A stretch of DNA of 64,000 nt from Balanoglossus misakiensis (Eukaryota > Animalia > Hemichordata): assembly GCA_040954595.2 (NCBI GenBank), contig CM082582.2:12545777-12609776 (forward strand), written 5' to 3'. The notes under the pieces were generated by a model that was not told the origin of the DNA, searched no databases, and saw only the letters and a list, made by a program, of their open reading frames with translations. Both the position numbers and the translations under genes were made by a program. Below, one piece after another: positions 52,642-64,000 of the stretch (the first letter of the stretch is position 1; every line of letters starts with the position of its first letter).

Positions 52642-54799
52642 ATGGCGGACGCTGAAGTACTGCTCTACGGGCTGGAGGTGTCGTTCTACACGCAAAGAGT
52701 AAGTTTCACGTATTTTCACAGGATGTAACCGAAAAGTACTTGTCACTTTTCGTTTGGTATCCACGGCAAAGTTCACTGACATTGACAACCATTTTGTGTG
52801 TTGAGTGATGACCCAGATCCATAAAAATGTTATAGGTTACCATCCTTTTATACCACGAACGCCAGGTTGCGGACAATTGATCTAAGTTCAACCTAATACC
52901 AAATCAACGCCACGCTCTTACCTCAAGATGAATGAAATTTTGAATGTGCCCCTATCCGAGCCTTTGCTTTTGTGTCACCTGAAAAGGGTTAATAAGAAAG
53001 ACGAGCACTGGATGTATGAGATTTGTAGGCAAAAGTTGGCCGGGACCAAACTCATCACAAAAGAGATCATAACGCCATTTATTTGTGTACCGTGGTCTCT
53101 GAAGATGGGGGTCTGCTCAAAATTAGAGCGTTGCTATTTTTACTGATTATATTATATGTTGCACATCGGTGAATTGGGTTGCGCGCAAAGCATTGTGGAA
53201 CTGGTTGTCGCTTCAGATCAATATGGTAATGAGAACTCCCGGTTTCTTCGATAGAAAAACACACGGGTTAAATTTTACGATCGCCAAATGGATAATCGAT
53301 TATTGTGAAAAAAGCAAGGTTACAATGAATGTTTATTTGAGGTGTAAAAGTGACTTTAAATCTTTCATGATCTAGGCGAGAATTGCACTGGAGGAAAAAG
53401 GCATCAAATACAGGGAATACAAGATGAACTTGGCAATGGCTGAAACCATCTCCCCATGGTACATGAGATTAAATCCACTTGGCAGAGTGCCAACGCTGGT
53501 CCATGGCGACAATGTGGTCCCTGAATCAGAGAAAATTATCGAATATCTGGACGAAATATTTCCAGAAAGTGAGTATAGCTTGAATTTTGAAATGTTGATA
53601 CTGGCAATGTAACGCAGAAAAAATTTATATATTAACCAGTAATGCTAATTGAAATAATTGGCTTTATTACATTAATCTAGCGCCCCGAATGTGTCCGGAC
53701 AAATCGACGGACGAGGGACATCGCTGCGAATATTTCAAGAAACTGTGTGATAAAGTTGATCCAATTGTTCTGACGATGGGTGGCACTACAGTGTTCCCGG
53801 AGATTTCCGGTTCCGAAAATTACTGGTGGATGTGGTCACCGAATAACATAAGATATTGCAGAAAAGGTAAAACTACGAGCAAAAACATAATTTTAGAGGT
53901 AGAATGTTTATACACTTTACAGTTCGTTTTATATCTTAATGTCATCGCCTTGGGAACGAGGTCCAGCCCAAATTTCGTAACCCTCGGAAAGGATGAAAAA
54001 TTGCGATGACCTTTTTAATAATATATTTCCCAGCATTTAGAGAAGTTATACCGGAAAAATGCGAAGAGTTTGCACAGAGCAGTCCCGACTTGAAGGAAGT
54101 CTACGCCAAGAAAGCGGCTTGGGGACGAGGCTGGACCCTCGAACCCAACAAAGATGAGCTACAAACGATGCTGCACCTCGCCGATGACGTATTCTCTAAA
54201 CTGGAGATCGAACTTTCCAGAAAAACCGAAAATGCATCAAGTGGTAAGCTTGCTTTGAATAGATTCAAAGGGCGAGAAATTTAGCCCCTGTACTTGGCTG
54301 AAAAGTTGCCAATTTCTCGTCATAATGTATTTAGTAGATTTCATGCGAGGTGTTTCAATGAATAACCAATGCTCTGTTCCGTAGTTTATCAGGTCGTCTG
54401 CATATTTTTTCAGACAGACCACAATGGTTGTGCGGTGAAAACTTCACCATAGCAGACATTTACTGGGCAGTGCTACTCCATCGCATGGAGGAACTTGGCC
54501 TTGCAAAGAGGTACTGGGAAAACGACAAGCGCCCTCATGTCGAGAAGTATTTCGACCAAATCAGAAACTGGGATAGCTACAAGAAATCCAAACCGTCTGT
54601 GTCTCGGTTTCTCGTGATCCTTGAGGCTATCAAACCAAAACTGCCGTGGGTTCTTGCCATTGGCGTCACGGCTGCCGTCATCGGGTTTGGAGTTGGATAT
54701 GCGTTGTCGAAAGGAAAGCAGGGGATGACGGTGAAGGATTTTGTGCCGTTCAAAATCGAAAAAGACCAAATATGGGTCTGGAGATATGGAAAACAGTGA
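52642..54799 (+). CDS. GDAP1: GDAP1-like protein, paralog C (transmembrane tail with basic flank and about 35-aa extension), 5 exons, about 343 aa
   Basis: Exons 52642-52698, 53376-53568, 53681-53866, 54034-54243, 54414-54799. LLYGLEVSFYTQR/ARIALEEKG, PWYMRLNPLGRVPTLVHGDNV, WLCGENFTIADIYWAVLLHR; this is the most GDAP1-typical copy. Confidence 0.92.
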
Positions 54800-56438
54800 G
54801 CGTCTCAAGACAGTGACGTCATATACGTACATGTATATGAAATATCTACATTTTACCAGTAACCTTGAACTGTCGCATAGAGACTCTTTCTCTCGCCTAA
54901 CAACAGAATTAATGACGTCATTGATTCAGCATAAACTGCAATTAAAACAGCAAGAAACACAAGATGCACTCGAATAATAACACAAGCGAACAATAACGCC
55001 ATCACGGATGTGCAGACCAACATCATATGATGTTTGCTCTCCTATCTGTATCATACATATATATATTTCTGCTTTCATCAATGTACATATACTGACAGTT
55101 GATATAAATTCAGATTGAAGAGTGCGACTATCTTTACTAGTGTTGCATTTTCAATCTTTATTTTTTAAATAAAAATAAAATGAAAACTGTTTTGTTCTTC
55201 GTTTTTTCATAATTAATTTTGTAGGCGTACTTCCATGTTGTCAGGGGCGCGTACAAATTTGTGAAAAACATCTGGTGAAGCTATGCATTGTGCGTGGTGG
55301 TCACTCTCAACCAATGGGAATGCTCATATACTGCAGGTGCACACTCAAGTTCCACTCGTTATTGGCTGACAGGAGAGAAATGCGAGCTTTATGATTGGTT
55401 GATGTGTTACGACTTTCGTGTCGTTCAATATCTGAACGACTGCAAACTGCAAGCGAACGTTTTTGTCTGACACGCATGCAATCACCATCCGTCAATACCA
55501 TGTCTTTGACCTCACTTTGAGCGTTCGATCAGCATGGCGTCCGGAATGAAAGTTATGTCTGGTAATACTTTTGGAAACTGGAAAAATGTTACTCAGCCAA
55601 GCTTGACCGTGTCGTTGTCTACGTGATGCAATGCCGCTCGTTCGAGTTCGGTGACCGCGGAGTGAACGGCCGGCCCGGCCTCAGTGTGAATGGACAATGT
55701 ACGTATACACGGGGTATCATCCAGGCTACGGAATTATGGGATTGACGCCATTTGGAAAGCCACACCCCAAAATCGAATGGAATCAAATGTGGCACGTGAA
55801 AAAAATAACACAACAGACTTGTACTAGTAACAGTCATGATTTCCTATTTTTAAATGGCAAACATTTATCCTAGCTATTTTGATATCCCTTACACACCCGA
55901 TCACATGATGGTGATGTTTCGTCACCATCTCGTGGTTGTTTACCACTACATGAATTTCTTTCGATGACGTGCTTGTAAATTTAGCCTGGTTGTTTTTCTT
56001 CATGGATGTAAATGTAGAATTGCATTTTAAGCCCATTATCGAAGTCTGGCTGAATGTTCAATATGCCCCTGTTGATGTGAAATTTTAAACGGATAAAGAG
56101 TTTCCAATATGAGATTTAATTCCCGTGTGTACGTACGCCCTCAGAGAGATGGATCACTATTTTGAAGTTGAAAAACAAAAACTTGATAAAAGACCAAATC
56201 ACTTTTCAACTCCTCCCAACAGATATCTAAACATTTGCAAATGAAAGCGATCCCCGGAGATGTCAAAGTTCGAAGGTCAAGAAAAAGTTAACCGCCTGTG
56301 ACCCTATTAACACCGTCGACGTTCAGTCACAACAGAGCAGGCGGCCACAGCACACAGTTTCAGCACCTGAACCCAGAACTGTTGCCAAAGTGTGAATCAT
56401 TTGAAGGTTCGGAGGAAAAACAACGACCAATCGTCACA

Positions 56439-59400
56439 ATGGGAGATTTGATATTGTATCACTTTGAACTCTCCTTCTATTCCCAGTTGGTGAGTACGAG
56501 TAAGGAACTTGATTGCAGGGAATGTTAAAGCTGGCTTGACGGGTCTTTTTTAAAGGCGGGGGCTGAACATGGAATTTCTTGACCCGTGTACTGTAGTATA
56601 CTACAAGGAAAGTGTTGCAAGTTTTTCTTTTATTTCCGTCAAGATTCTTACTGAACATGTATTGAAATAATATTACCATGGCAACTGTCATTTCTGGGCT
56701 TATCAACTTTGCTGCATACTTTTGGCTCAACGATACCTGCGATACGTTACCAAGCACAGCATATGTCGCCTTTATACAGGGAATTAAGCACTCTACAAGC
56801 TGACGATTTTTCATGTATTGTGATGTTTAACTTTTGATGCTCTTTTAGTACTCAAATCATAAAATTGTGCGGGTTAAGCGTACAATTCACCTCGGGGTTT
56901 AAAAGTTCGCGACAAAAAAACAACCCCAAAGTCATTTTATCTGGTATTCACCCACCCACCCCCGGAATTCGGTGCCTGCACAATATCCCAATCTGAACAA
57001 CAGCCCCGCATCAGTTGGCTGTTTTCTCCGCCAATACGCTATGATTTTTATTCCGATGATGTCGCGAAAAAACAGCTTTATTTTTTCTAAATGGAGCACT
57101 TATTTATTTTGAATGTTCACAAATAAATCTTCGCTTCAATAGAGGCTATCTAAACGAACAATACTTTCTATTGATCACGTGATGAACTATCCCCGGTCAC
57201 ATGAATAAACTTCATTTTATGTGGAAAAGAATAGACTCGTTGTTCTCTGTGTAAAAAAGGTTCCACTCCCCAGATGACCTAGTTGGCTTCCGATCTCATT
57301 TTTACAAAGATTTTAATTTGCCTTCCATTCTGGTAATTACCTCAAAACACGAAATTAGCGATATTAAAATAATTGCCTCATTTTTTGACTGCTGCATAAA
57401 CCCGGGTCAGTTACAAAAATCGCTTGTCATCGATTATATGATGCTTTCAATCATTCCACTTTGAAATGTGGTTGTGGGGGTAAAGCAGAATGCCAATGGG
57501 GATACTCTGATGATTTTCGTTGCATTGCTGTTGTGTTTTTTGTCTGAGTGAAAAGTCGTGTTAGGAGTGGTGGACGAGTACAAAGGAGTAATTGTTTTCA
57601 ACTCCTGTGACCTGGTATCTCAGACTTTACAATGTGCCGGTTCAGCTGTGTAGGAGGCGAGCGAGTCAACTAGTAAAATGGGGGGGGGGGGGGGGGGACA
57701 TGGATGTTTTGGGCGTGATCATGTGGAGGCGTATATTAAATATGATATTCCTGTTGGTCATGGTCATTTTTGGGAGCTAATTATTCGTGCGCTCAGAGCC
57801 AGAGAACGGACAGCACTCGGCATAGCGAACAAGTGAAATACCAAACAGGACATCGAGAGTGTGATGTTATCGGCATCAAACAATCACGCGCTTCATCTCA
57901 GAATAGTTCATATCCACGCAGGCGTGACTGCCTGTCACAAAATTTGGGGTTGTCGTTGCTAATATAAATGCATTGAAGCACAGTCCCTCCTTACAACTTT
58001 GAACGCAGCGAAACACGCAGGTATGTGCACCTGTTTGATCAGGACGGGTCGATATTTTCATGGAAGATGCTGATTACGTAAGGCGGGTGTATGACAGAAC
58101 TCTACAAACTGATGCGACTCGGTGATCGACCGAGACTTATCTTTTTTCCGAATTGGTGGCGACTCGAACCATTTTATTGGCATATCTACCAGGAAGACAC
58201 TATATAGGTTATCGCCCACCTATGCCAAACGAACAAACGGTCCGTTGACACAGAACAATACACCAGTGTTTTCCCGGCCCGCAGGATTTCCAAATTTTAA
58301 TAGCCTTTGGAAGGCATTGTGTCCGATTCAAATCTCGTCCTCTTGACTAGCGTTCAATAAAAATAGTGAACTTTTGCGCAAGTTTGCTACGCTCCGTCTA
58401 GCTGCAATGTCTGGTATTGGATGTTGGATGTTTGCAGTCCACACACAATATCAAGCGAAACCTCGAGCTATACGGCCGTAACTGCAGCTGGGGCGGGGTT
58501 AGGTCAGATGTCTGGTGGCTTATTGTCCAGGGCTTAACTTAACTGTCCCAGCACCAACTGGTAAGCTGAAAGGATAGAAGCCAATAAACGTGGGTTTTGA
58601 TTACTGCACGATTGCATGCTTAATATGTCACGTCTGTTTTAGGCTCGCACAGGTCTCGCTGAAAAAAAACTGTCGTACAAGAAGAAATCGGTAGATTTTG
58701 AAGACCTCGATCACATCGCGCCGCAGTATATGAAATTGAACCCGAAAGGTCAGGTGCCGACTTTGGTCCATGGAGAGCAAGTGATTACAGACTTCGCGGA
58801 GATTATAAAATATCTTGATGACAACTTCACTGAAAGTAAGTAACACGGAGGCCCAAATCACGTCACAGCTCTGTTTTCTGTTTTAAAATGGTGTATTTCT
58901 CCACTTCACTTCTTGTTCTAAGGGAGGTTTCATTTATTATGGAGGGTGGGCCGGAGGAAATTTGGGTCGGTCTGTCACGTCAATGTGACCCACCCTGTGT
59001 TATAAATAAAAGCTCCCTAACAACACCAGCAAGGCAGTTAGTGTTAATGCATTTCTGTGTTATTCTCGCACACAACACAGGTGTCAAGTTGGTACCCGAT
59101 TCCGAAAGTGACGAAGGCGAACGTTGGTCTTACCTCAAAGAGCTTGGTGACAAATTTAAGCCTTTTCAGATGTTGACCTCTGTGCCGTGGTATCCAGAAA
59201 TCGCCGGCAGCGATCACCCGGACATCAAGAAAAAGAAATATCTTGCTGAGATGATATGGAAGGGCAAGTATTTGAACATTCTGCATCAGCTCTGCGAATT
59301 CACGTTTAATTTATATTCCTGCCACCTTTCCATCAGTTATGTTCTCATCGAGCACTTACGTTTAAAGGCCAATAGGTTGAACTTCAGAGGGCTTGTGACA

Positions 59401-60149
59401 TGTAGCTGCTAAAAACACATACATATTGGCCTTTAAAGTCTCTTCTAGCCTAGTTGCCTCAATTACAGAAACATAGACATAACGATATGTTGTACACGTT
59501 ACAGTCATGCGGGAAGACATACCGAAGAAGTGTGACGTGTACGCCGAGGAGAACCCGGATTTGAAAGAAGCATACGAGGAGAAAAAGGAACAAGTGGCCA
59601 AACTGCCTGAGGAACCAGACGTAGAAGATATGCAGTTGACACTAGCGATCATGGGAGATGTTTTGACCCAGATTGATCGCCTGCTAAAGCCGGACGAACC
59701 CAAAGCAAACGAAGAGGCAAATAACAAGAAAGGTATAGATTGGTGATTTTTTAAAACTAACAACGTCAGTAGTCGTTATTCATTGACATGCAGTGATGAC
59801 AAGCAGAATAGTGTGCATTTTAGCATCGCGTTGTAGGAAATATAAATGGTAAAACCAGTTTTGAGTTTTAAATGGATAACCGTTGGCATTTCCTATTCTT
59901 GTTGCCATAGAAACTCAAAAATGGCTGTGCGGTGACCACTACAGCATCGCCGACATCTATTGGAGCATCATACTCAACTGGCTTGATGAAGCGGGCCTGG
60001 CCAATCGCTACTGGGGCGAAGGGAAACGCGCCAATCTTGCCGCGTACTATGAGACCTCAAAAGAACGCGACAGCTTCAAGAAAGGCACGCCGTCAGCCAT
60101 GACTTTGATGCTGTATGGACTGAAAAGCAGGTGGTGCGCCATTTTGTGA
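56439..60149 (+). CDS. GDAP1: GDAP1-like protein, paralog D (ends in CaaX CAIL), 5 exons, about 297 aa
   Basis: Exons 56439-56489, 58643-58835, 59081-59263 (GC donor), 59505-59732, 59911-60149. LILYHFELSFYSQL/ARTGLAEK, YMKLNPKGQVPTLVHG, WLCGDHYSIADIYW; ends LKSRWCAIL. Confidence 0.88.
58922..59017. mobile_element. Short MITE, PIF/Harbinger (Tourist)-like, in GDAP1-D intron 2
   Basis: Imperfect terminal inverted repeats GGGAGGTTTCATTTATTATGGAGGGTGGG / CCCACCCTGTGTTATAAATAAAAGCTCCC (23/29 match) with TAA on both flanks (58919-58921 and 59018-59020). Confidence 0.65.
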
Positions 60150-62164
60150 TGCATCAAGCACCATGATCGTTGGGGGTGTACTTTTTAACCGTCGTATTTA
60201 CCTGTATCGCGCTTGTGCGTCGAAACTAACCACTATAATAAATGAAAACGCGGTATAATATTTGCAATGATCAGCACTTACTATGAGAAATGTGAGATTA
60301 GCGGCGATAGAGGTACTATAGTCTGGCGAATTAGTCTGCACTTCAAATTCTATGTATGTAAGTTTACGACAACGGTTCATCGATGTACATGAATCATGAT
60401 GGCTGTTCAAACAAAACAACTTTAAAAGTAACTATAGATGTGGGTGAAACATATCTTCGTATATTTGTCTTATATCCCATCACCAAAGGATAGAAAGTTG
60501 CGCTATAACAAAACCCCACCTATCGTTGTTATATTTACCATATTTACTACATATCTGCATGATGTACAGCGAGTCATGGCAACCTTTCGTTGAGCATATG
60601 TAACATAATCTACTAAAAGAAATTAAACTGAAATTACCAAGATAATGCAATAAGTGGGCGACATTGTCCGTGTAACATTCAGCGGAAAACTGCTGGCCTT
60701 GGTCACGTGATTCGCTTTTTATTATATGTAAACTATTTACTTGATAAAATCAATAAACTGACAACCTCTTACCATCAAATATGTTAATTTATTGGGAAGT
60801 GTCACTCTCTCAGAGTGGCTTACAACCAATCACAAGCTTCACAAAATGCACCTGGTGAATGAAACATTTTGATTGGATAGTTGTCAGTCAGTTCATTTGT
60901 CAGGTGATCAGTGAGCAGTGAGGTGCCGCTTCCATCATTCGAAACTCAGTCTTTGACGTACAGACACCATGGCTGAAAGTTGTGACGAGAACGACCTATT
61001 TATTGCCCAGAGAAATTTCCGACACCCAAGGAAAAGTGAAGGACATGACTGTGGTGATATGGACTGGATTTTACAAGATTTTGGAAACCATTGCCCATGG
61101 AAAGTGACGACGAAAATCAAGGGTGCCTTGTCTCCTGGCTTGCAGCCCACATTGCGCACATCCTCTACTGTAAGTAACAGTTTTTCAGTAATTTTTTCCT
61201 CGAAACATAACATGCGGTTCTGTACTATTTCATTTATTCGTATCCCCATCAATGCTTGTCGATCTTGCTGGCAATTTTTGGCAATTTCCTGCGAGAAAAG
61301 GGGAAACCAGCGTGGATTATTAAGAGCGTTTGTATTTCATGAATCGCGATTCAACTCTGCAGGATTAGAATTTGCCGGCCATTAGCCTGCTAGACTAAGA
61401 CCGCATTATTTTCTAAGCTATTAAATCCCGTGTAATATAATCTCAAGGTCCTGGAATGTTTTCATGTGTGTATCTTAAGTTAAAGAATGCAAGAGTAAGT
61501 TAGTAGCCGGCCAAAATCGTGATGCGATTTTAATAGGCATAGACTTGTGATAAGCACTGCCGTCGCAATCATATTGACTGCATACTCGGCATACGGCGGT
61601 CACTCTCAATGTCTGTGGCGTTCTAAATTCGTCTTCGCGTCGTTTACGATTGAAGGAGTGTACTGACATTTTACGGTGGAAATCGATAGGCGATGAGATT
61701 TGACCTTTTGGCATTCTCAGCCGTCAACAGAGGCCGCTGTTGCATTGACGCAAAACATATTGCCAATACTATTTCCAAGGAACATTGGTACATAATCACA
61801 TTCACACCATTTGTTTAAAAACAATTGAAATCACTTTATTTTGCCATGAGCCCAAAATGAATATGACAGAAGTAGATGGCTACATTCGATGTGCATAAAC
61901 ATAAATAAGGAATAAATAAAAACATCTGTGAACTGGAAATACATGTAATCTGATTGTACCCTGTTTACAGAATTATTGTAACAGGGGGGATTTCTCTTGC
62001 ATTTTCTGCACTTGATATGTCCTGCGTGAGACTTGTCATGTTGTCCTTGTGAATGACCTGGATGTGAAGTCAGGTCATGATCTCTCACAGATAAAAATAC
62101 TTGATCTAAAATGGTAAGACTGAAGAAGTCACTTTGAGACAAAGCTTCAGTTCTGTTTATGTAT

Positions 62165-63400
62165 TCACAATGTGGATGTTTTCCCAGTTTTTCTGTTGTC
62201 ACTATGCAAATCCGGGTAAACTTTGTTGTATAGAACCCTGTATGTTGTGTACCAGGTTACTAGAGAGATTGTCAATGCGACGACTTTGTGTGAGGTGGTG
62301 TGGAAATAAACTTGAGTGCAGACAAGCATGAACTCCCACAAGAGACACAGCAAGGTCATTATCAAGAACATGACATTGATAAACATATGGAGGTATGGTT
62401 TCTTCTTCAACTGTGTCTTGGACTTGGACCGTGATGCTAACTTCACGTAGTAGCACAACTCCTCGGAGATGAGCAAGGCACAGTGTGTGAGGAGGAATGT
62501 ATGCCCGGAGATGTCATACCCATCCCAGTCATGACCATTTCTGACACACGATCTTTTGTTCGTGAACTCGCCTCCCCCAGAACACCCGCCTGTCATGTCT
62601 TCAATCCAGAAGAACAATTCTACCCAACAGTACCACTCCACGGTGCCAACCACCAGACGCATCAAGTCTTTCGCCATTTTCCACACGTCCCCATTTCGCA
62701 CTATGTAACTGGCCGGCAGAAGAAACACCATAGCAACCCCGCAGGTCCATCCCCACGACAATTTCACGAAATATTGATTGAAAACGTTGTTTTTGTCGGA
62801 GAAATAAGTCTTAGGAGGGGTGGTGAGGTCACAAATGGAACTGCCAATGACGACTATCGCAATGTATAGAACTGCTTTCTTCGAAGGTTCCAGGAATAAA
62901 TATCTGTAAAGAAAGCTTCCCCGTTGTTTCTTAGGAGATGACCTCGGAGAGGACAATCCAGAGGGCGACTCGTGACCTTTGACCCTGCTCTGTTGATCGC
63001 CGACTGAAGCCAAGTGATCCGCAGGCGAACGTAGTTCTTCGCCACTATCTGCGCGTACAGATCCAATCGTCATTTTACCACTTTTTAAGTTCCTCTCCTT
63101 ACTAGAAGAACTCTGTGACGAAGTTTGGCGTTTACTATCTCTTCTTCTCGACTTGCCGACGTGGCTTTCGTTACCAATGGCAATGCCAGCGTCGCTCTGT
63201 TTGGTCGACATATCTTTCCTGGAAGCGCTACCTTTGTTCGCTGACTCTTTCTTTAGATCCGTCTGTCTCTTCCACTTCTTTTCAGTGCGATTAGGACTTC
63301 TACTGACGCTTCGACGGCCTGGACTTTTGGATTTACGGTGACGTGTCAAGGATTGCTTGTCCGAGCTTTGGCGACTTTGCGATCGTGTGGTGGGCGCCAT
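62165..63400 (-). CDS. FITM2: Fat storage-inducing transmembrane protein 2 (acyl-CoA diphosphatase) with basic Ser/Arg-rich N-terminal extension, single exon, 411 aa
   Basis: YFSDKNNVFNQYFVKLSWGWT, WDGYDISGHTFLLTHCALLISEE (catalytic His and FIT signature), QVYFHT (second His); several hydrophobic segments. Confidence 0.93.
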   Translation of the reverse strand: MAPTTRSQSRQSSDKQSLTRHRKSKSPGRRSVSRSPNRTEKKWKRQTDLKKESANKGSASRKDMSTKQSDAGIAIGNESHVGKSRRRDSKRQTSSQSSSSKERNLKSGKMTIGSVRADSGEELRSPADHLASVGDQQSRVKGHESPSGLSSPRSSPKKQRGSFLYRYLFLEPSKKAVLYIAIVVIGSSICDLTTPPKTYFSDKNNVFNQYFVKLSWGWTCGVAMVFLLPASYIVRNGDVWKMAKDLMRLVVGTVEWYCWVELFFWIEDMTGGCSGGGEFTNKRSCVRNGHDWDGYDISGHTFLLTHCALLISEELCYYVKLASRSKSKTQLKKKPYLHMFINVMFLIMTLLCLLWEFMLVCTQVYFHTTSHKVVALTISLVTWYTTYRVLYNKVYPDLHSDNRKTGKTSTL

Positions 63401-64000
63401 ATTGCTTTTTCAAAGCATGCTGGGAACGGAGTTCAAAGGTTATAAACAACACCGAAACGGTTTGTGGAGGGACTGTGGTGTACTGAAAAGTAGGAAAGAA
63501 TTGTATCGCTGGCATAAAGTCTCGAGACAAGTTTGGGTGCACTTTATATAGAGTGGTTAGTCGTGATCTGTAATAACAGCCGCAAAAGTGTTGCGTTAGT
63601 GATGACGTGGGTATGGCAATGATTCATCATCACTATGTATGGCGGTCACCATGTACAGTCATCGTACACGCACACAAAAGTTGACTTCATTATATGCATG
63701 ATATGCGTACATTTTACACGTGTAAGGTAATTGAACACCTTCCCGGGGCCGGGATGACCAGCCTTTGGCTTCAAAGTGACCGTGACCTGTTGCGGTAGAT
63801 AGCGCCTTCTTTAGTTCATTAATAAAAGGGAAAGGGTTAGAGAACACTGACCTAAAAGAATAACAACCGTATGGGAATGGTAAAACCAACAGAAGATGCA
63901 TTTGATCTCGAACTTTAAAATAACCATAACTTTATTCGTGCAATCCGATAATATATTAAATATAAGTTTCAAACATACAATCATTATTGTTCCCCCAAAC

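Noticed and set aside
60935-61385. Overlapping 138-aa and 105-aa ORFs between GDAP1-D and FITM2
   Set aside because: No recognisable domain or convincing splice context; compatible with chance ORFs.

Overview
Intron-rich animal genomic DNA, most consistent with an invertebrate deuterostome such as a hemichordate (inferred from gene content and vertebrate-like intron positions; the species cannot be fixed from the sequence). I reconstructed 13 protein-coding genes by hand from splice sites. In order: intronless large Maf (+); WWOX (-, 8 exons, 414 aa); Aurora kinase, A-type (+); an unusually long FAM210B (-); two tandem rhodopsin-family peptide-type GPCRs (-); a peroxisomal (SKL) enoyl-CoA delta-isomerase (-) head-to-head with a 16-exon monoamine oxidase (+); four GDAP1-like GST-fold paralogs (one -, three +); and an intronless FITM2 with a long basic N-terminus (-). 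Main observations: (1) the four GDAP1 paralogs end in four different membrane anchors, two transmembrane tails and two CaaX prenylation boxes (CTII, CAIL); (2) FAM210B has a ~290-aa extension in which R-x-(F/Y/L/C)-H-(S/T) motifs resembling mitochondrial processing sites alternate with three WDE(E/D) repeats, suggesting a polyprotein; (3) a decayed inverted copy of the FAM210B start lies 18.6 kb away; (4) three human tail-to-tail gene pairs (MAF-WWOX, AURKA-FAM210B, GDAP1L1-FITM2) sit together in 64 kb; (5) three GC-AG introns. Comparisons with human genes are from recall, not database searches.
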